DNA of 64,000 nt. Source: an uncultured Gemmatimonadaceae bacterium. Lineage in GTDB: Bacteria; Gemmatimonadota; Gemmatimonadetes; Gemmatimonadales; Gemmatimonadaceae. The stretch covers positions 2,848,001 through 2,912,000 of the forward strand of contig CAVXGK010000002.1 in assembly GCA_963761305.1 (NCBI GenBank), in the 5' to 3' direction. Of the stretch, positions 60,501 to 64,000 are shown one piece after another. The notes under the pieces were generated by a model, which worked only from the letters and a program-made list of their open reading frames with translations, did not search any database and was not told the origin of the DNA. A program made the translations under genes and the position numbers. How positions within the stretch are numbered: position 1 is the stretch's first letter; every line of letters begins with the position of its first letter.

Positions 60501-62039
60501 ATGATGACCGCCACCGCGACGAGGACGAACGCGGACGCGTCTCCCGAGACCGCGCTTCCCACAATCGATCACTGGATCGACGGCGCGACGAGTGCCGGCA
60601 CGTCGGACCGATTCGGTCTCGTCTACAATCCCGCGCGCGGCGCGCCCAGTGCGCGCGTGCGCTTCGCGGCGGCGGCGGACGTGGATCGCGCGGTCGACGC
60701 CGCGACGGCGGCCTTCGCGACGTGGAGCCGCGCGGGCCTCGGAAAGCGTGCGACCGTGCTGTTCAAGTTCCGTGAACTCGTCGAGCGGCACGCCGAGGAG
60801 CTGACGCGGTGCATCGTGCGCGAGCACGGCAAAGTGCTCGCCGACGCGCGCGGCGAGGTGCAGCGCGGACTCGAGGTGGTGGAGTTCGCGTGCGGCATCC
60901 CGCATCTCGCCAAGGGCGAATTCTCCGAGAACGTGTCTTCGAACGTCGACAGCTACTCCATTCGACAGCCACTCGGCGTCGTCGCCGGGATCACGCCGTT
61001 CAACTTCCCGGTGATGGTGCCGATGTGGATGTACCCCGTCGCCATCGCCGCGGGGAACGCGTTCATCCTCAAGCCGTCGGAGAAGGATCCCTCGGCATCG
61101 ATGCTGATGGCCGAGCTCTGGCGCGAGGCTGGTTTGCCGGCGGGTGTGTTCAACGTCGTGAACGGCGATCAGGCGGCGGTCGAGCGAATCCTCGAGCATC
61201 CGGGCATCGCGGCGGTGAGCTTTGTCGGATCGACGCCGATCGCGCGCCACATTTACGAGACCGCGACCTCTCACGGCAAGCGAGTGCAGGCGCTCGGCGG
61301 CGCGAAGAATCACATGATCGTGCTGCCCGACGCGGACATGGAGCTCGCGGCGGATTCCGCGGTGAACGCGGCGTTCGGCTCGGCCGGCGAACGATGCATG
61401 GCGATCTCGGTGACGGTCGCGGTGGGAGACGCGGCTGATCGGTTGGTACCGCTCGTCGCGCAGCGAATGCGCGCGATCAGGGTAGGCGACGGCCTCGATC
61501 CGAAGAACGACATGGGCCCGCTGGTGACGAAGCAGCACCTCGACCGCGTGCGTCGCTACGTGGACGAAGGCGTCGCGGCCGGCGCATCATTGGTCGCCGA
61601 CGGACGCGGCACGACGCCGCACGACGGCGATGGGTTCTTCCTCGGGCCGTGCCTGTTCGATCACGTGGGCACGGAGATGTCGATCTATCGCGACGAGATC
61701 TTCGGCCCGGTGTTGTCGGTGGTGCGCGCACGCTCGTACGACGACGCCGTGGCGCTGGTGAACGCGAATCCATACGCGAACGGCGTGGCGATCTTCACGA
61801 ACGACGGCGGCGCGGCGCGACGATTCCAGAACGAAGTGCAGGTAGGGATGGTCGGCATCAACGTGCCGATTCCCGTGCCGATGGCCTACTACTCGTTCGG
61901 CGGATGGAAAGCGTCGTTGTTCGGCGACGCGCACGTGCACGGCATGGAAGGCGTGAAGTTCTACACGCGCGGGAAAGTCGTGACGGCGCGGTGGCCGGAT
62001 CCAAGTCTGCGGGGGAAGAATCTCGGCTTTCCGACCTAG
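60501..62039 (+). CDS. mmsA: CoA-acylating (methyl)malonate-semialdehyde dehydrogenase
   Basis: ITPFNFP, KPSEKDP, FVGST, GGAKNH, GERCMA, EIFGPV, GINVPIPVP. Confidence 0.92.
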   Translation: MMTATATRTNADASPETALPTIDHWIDGATSAGTSDRFGLVYNPARGAPSARVRFAAAADVDRAVDAATAAFATWSRAGLGKRATVLFKFRELVERHAEELTRCIVREHGKVLADARGEVQRGLEVVEFACGIPHLAKGEFSENVSSNVDSYSIRQPLGVVAGITPFNFPVMVPMWMYPVAIAAGNAFILKPSEKDPSASMLMAELWREAGLPAGVFNVVNGDQAAVERILEHPGIAAVSFVGSTPIARHIYETATSHGKRVQALGGAKNHMIVLPDADMELAADSAVNAAFGSAGERCMAISVTVAVGDAADRLVPLVAQRMRAIRVGDGLDPKNDMGPLVTKQHLDRVRRYVDEGVAAGASLVADGRGTTPHDGDGFFLGPCLFDHVGTEMSIYRDEIFGPVLSVVRARSYDDAVALVNANPYANGVAIFTNDGGAARRFQNEVQVGMVGINVPIPVPMAYYSFGGWKASLFGDAHVHGMEGVKFYTRGKVVTARWPDPSLRGKNLGFPT

Positions 62040-62089
62040 TCCCGGGGAGCAGGGCCCCCGGGGGGAACTGCAACAACTGCCAAAACTGC

Positions 62090-62317
62090 AACTGCTCGAC
62101 GCAGAGACGCAGAGGTTCTCGGACTGCGCTGCGATTTGTGCGCAACGAGCCGAGAATGCTTTGGGAACGGCCGCTCGGGACGCTTCGTAGCGCGGTCCCG
62201 GCATCGGTGACGTCCCGAGCGGCTTTAACAAAAAATCCGCTCGTCGCGGGCCGACGCAAGCTGGTGTGCAGTTCTCTGCGTCTCTCTTTCACCTCTGCGT
62301 CTCTGCGTCGAGTCGTT
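62090..62317. repeat. Nested palindromic element, copy 4 (most diverged), preceded by extra AACTGC units
   Basis: AACTGCTCGACGCAGAGACGCAGAGG / CCTCTGCGTCTCTGCGTCGAG; GCCGCTCGGGACG / CGTCCCGAGCGGC. Confidence 0.88.
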
Positions 62318-62445
62318 GCTGTTCGCAGTTGCGGTTGCCGTTCAGTCAGCCCACCCGAACACAACACTTACATCTAAACGCGTTGACCGTGCTCGCGCGC
62401 GCGAGATCTTGTCGTGAGTCTCACTCACCGCCATCGAGGGCTACA

Positions 62446-63237
62446 GTGATTCGATTCGGTTCGATTGCCCGTGCGGTCACGACGATCGCGATCACCGGCG
62501 TCACGGCCCGTGCGCAGGGCGTTCCCAAGACCGGTGCCGAGGTGTTTCAGCGGATGCAGGACGCGTATGCCGGGAAGTGGTACCGCTCGCTCACGTTCGT
62601 GCAGACGACCACGCAGCGTCGTGCCGACGGGACAGACGCGGTCAGCACGTGGTACGAGACTCTGCGACAGAACGGCACCGCGACGCAGCTGCGCATCGAC
62701 ATCGGGGACCCCGCGGCCGGGACCGGGGTGCTCTACACGGCGGATTCGTCGTGGCGCGTGCGAGACGGCAAGCTCGCGGCCGCCAGCGCCGGCGGGAACG
62801 AGTTTCTGCCGTTGATCGAAGGCGTGTACTTCAACCCGGTCGCGCAGACGATTCGCGAGCTGGCGTCGACGAAGATCGACATGTCGCGCGTCGCCGAGGG
62901 TCGCTACATGGATCGCCGGGTGTGGATCATCGGGACGTCATCGGCGGCGGACACGACGACGCCGCAGATCTGGATTGACGCGGAGCGCAATGTGGCGGTG
63001 CGGGCGATTCTCAGCCCGGCGCCCAACGTCCCGGTGCTGGACATCCATCTCGACGGCTACGTGCCGATCGAGCGCGCGTGGCTCGCCACGAAGATCACGA
63101 TGACGCAGGGCGGCGTTCCGCGGCAAATGGAGGAGTACCGCGACTGGAAGGTCAACGTCGATCTGCCGCCGGGACTCTTCGACGTCGCCACATGGACGAC
63201 CGCGCCACACTGGGCAGCGGGCGCCAAACGACCGTAG
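62446..63237 (+). CDS. Secreted hypothetical protein, possibly LolA-like fold
   Basis: Signal-like N-terminus; KWYRSLTFVQ.T, LRID, WID, EEY; start approximate. Confidence 0.6.
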   Translation: MIRFGSIARAVTTIAITGVTARAQGVPKTGAEVFQRMQDAYAGKWYRSLTFVQTTTQRRADGTDAVSTWYETLRQNGTATQLRIDIGDPAAGTGVLYTADSSWRVRDGKLAAASAGGNEFLPLIEGVYFNPVAQTIRELASTKIDMSRVAEGRYMDRRVWIIGTSSAADTTTPQIWIDAERNVAVRAILSPAPNVPVLDIHLDGYVPIERAWLATKITMTQGGVPRQMEEYRDWKVNVDLPPGLFDVATWTTAPHWAAGAKRP

Positions 63238-63248
63238 CGAGCTAGGAC

Positions 63249-63782
63249 CTAGTGAGACCGCGCGCCGCGCCCGAGGGGTGCGGGTGCGCTGCTCACGTCG
63301 TCGTCGTCGTGCACCATCGTTCGCCGCACGAGCTGGACGGAGGCGGCGAGGACCGCCGACCACACGAGGATCGCGGTCCCGCGAATGAGCAGCGCGTTGA
63401 GGCTCATGCCGAGCCAGTCGTCCCAATGCGCGCGGACCGTTCCGTTCGCCTCGTGGCCGAGCGAAATGAACAGCGCACTGGTGACCATCTCCGCCGCGAC
63501 TTCGATCCCGGCGAACGCCGGCGCGCGCCACAGGTACTGGTGGAGCGGGAAATTGGCGAGGTGCGCCGTCACCATGCCGAACAGGAAGATCGCGCCGACC
63601 GCGAAGCTCGCACCCAGGTAGAGCCAGTTATTGGCTCCGTGGGTGAGCATCAGGAGGCGGTACGCGCGAATGACGACGCCGGTGACCAGCGCCATCTGGA
63701 CCAGCGAATACGAGAGCCGGCGAAAAGCTCGCGGCTCGTGGATTCGGATTTCGGTGGTCTTTCGAGGGAAGAATTGCGGCAT
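63249..63782 (-). CDS. Hypothetical membrane protein (4 TM)
   Basis: 177 aa hydrophobic ORF; HLANFP..WRAP. Confidence 0.7.
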   Translation of the reverse strand: MPQFFPRKTTEIRIHEPRAFRRLSYSLVQMALVTGVVIRAYRLLMLTHGANNWLYLGASFAVGAIFLFGMVTAHLANFPLHQYLWRAPAFAGIEVAAEMVTSALFISLGHEANGTVRAHWDDWLGMSLNALLIRGTAILVWSAVLAASVQLVRRTMVHDDDDVSSAPAPLGRGARSH

Positions 63783-63937
63783 GGTGGCCCGTACTTAGAC
63801 AAACGAACGGGCCAAACCGTGGCAACTGCCGAGGTCGGGGAGGGCCGTTTGAGGGGGTCGCGGTGGAAAGAACCGGAGAGGTCGGACGTCGGACGTCTAG
63901 TTGCTCCGCCGCGAGCTTTCCCCGTCCACCCGTCCAC

Positions 63938-64000
63938 CTAAGTCAGAAACTCGTGCAGCAGCGAGTGAAAATGATGCACGCCGTTCTCTCGCTTGGCTGA
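63938..64000 (-). CDS. 3' end of a gene truncated by the window, probably a Rieske oxygenase alpha subunit (choline monooxygenase-like)
   Basis: Translates SAKRENGVHHFHSLLHEFLT*, resembling the E.GVHHFH C-terminus of such proteins; only 20 aa visible. Confidence 0.5.
   Translation of the reverse strand, partial: SAKRENGVHHFHSLLHEFLT

Noticed and set aside
57938..62039. mmsA as a functional part of the ECF/TBDR module
   Set aside because: Only proximity (22 nt gap) supports it; mmsA has its own RBS and fits general beta-alanine or valine catabolism.

Overview
High-GC bacterial chromosomal window. Gene content (several Hanks-type Ser/Thr kinase-TPR proteins, carboxypeptidase-regulatory-like secreted proteins, M16/M28/S9 peptidases, TonB-dependent receptors) suggests Gemmatimonadota; this is inference. 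About 55 genes are supportable: panE, two exported MsrB, a coupled egtB-egtD-Rieske/flavodoxin operon, NCS2 and APC permeases, orphan KdpD/KdpE-like pair, AlaX-like editing protein, GT9, MATE, a class-III aminotransferase-tsdA-soxC-soxD run, ABC transporter, BrxA/B, orphan GroES, an ECF sigma/FecR/TBDR module and mmsA. I saw no transposase, integrase, phage, CRISPR, rRNA or canonical tRNA. The most interesting signals are non-coding: (1) four copies of a ~230-250 bp nested palindromic element with compensatory substitutions; (2) three AGGGT-N15-TGTC sites around the ECF locus, one pointing into a terminator-bounded ~130 nt candidate sRNA; (3) a leader-peptide/terminator/antiterminator arrangement upstream of the MATE pump; (4) a tRNA-shaped cloverleaf with an oversized anticodon arm in a structured 850 bp intergenic region. 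All calls were made by eye from motifs; no searches were run.
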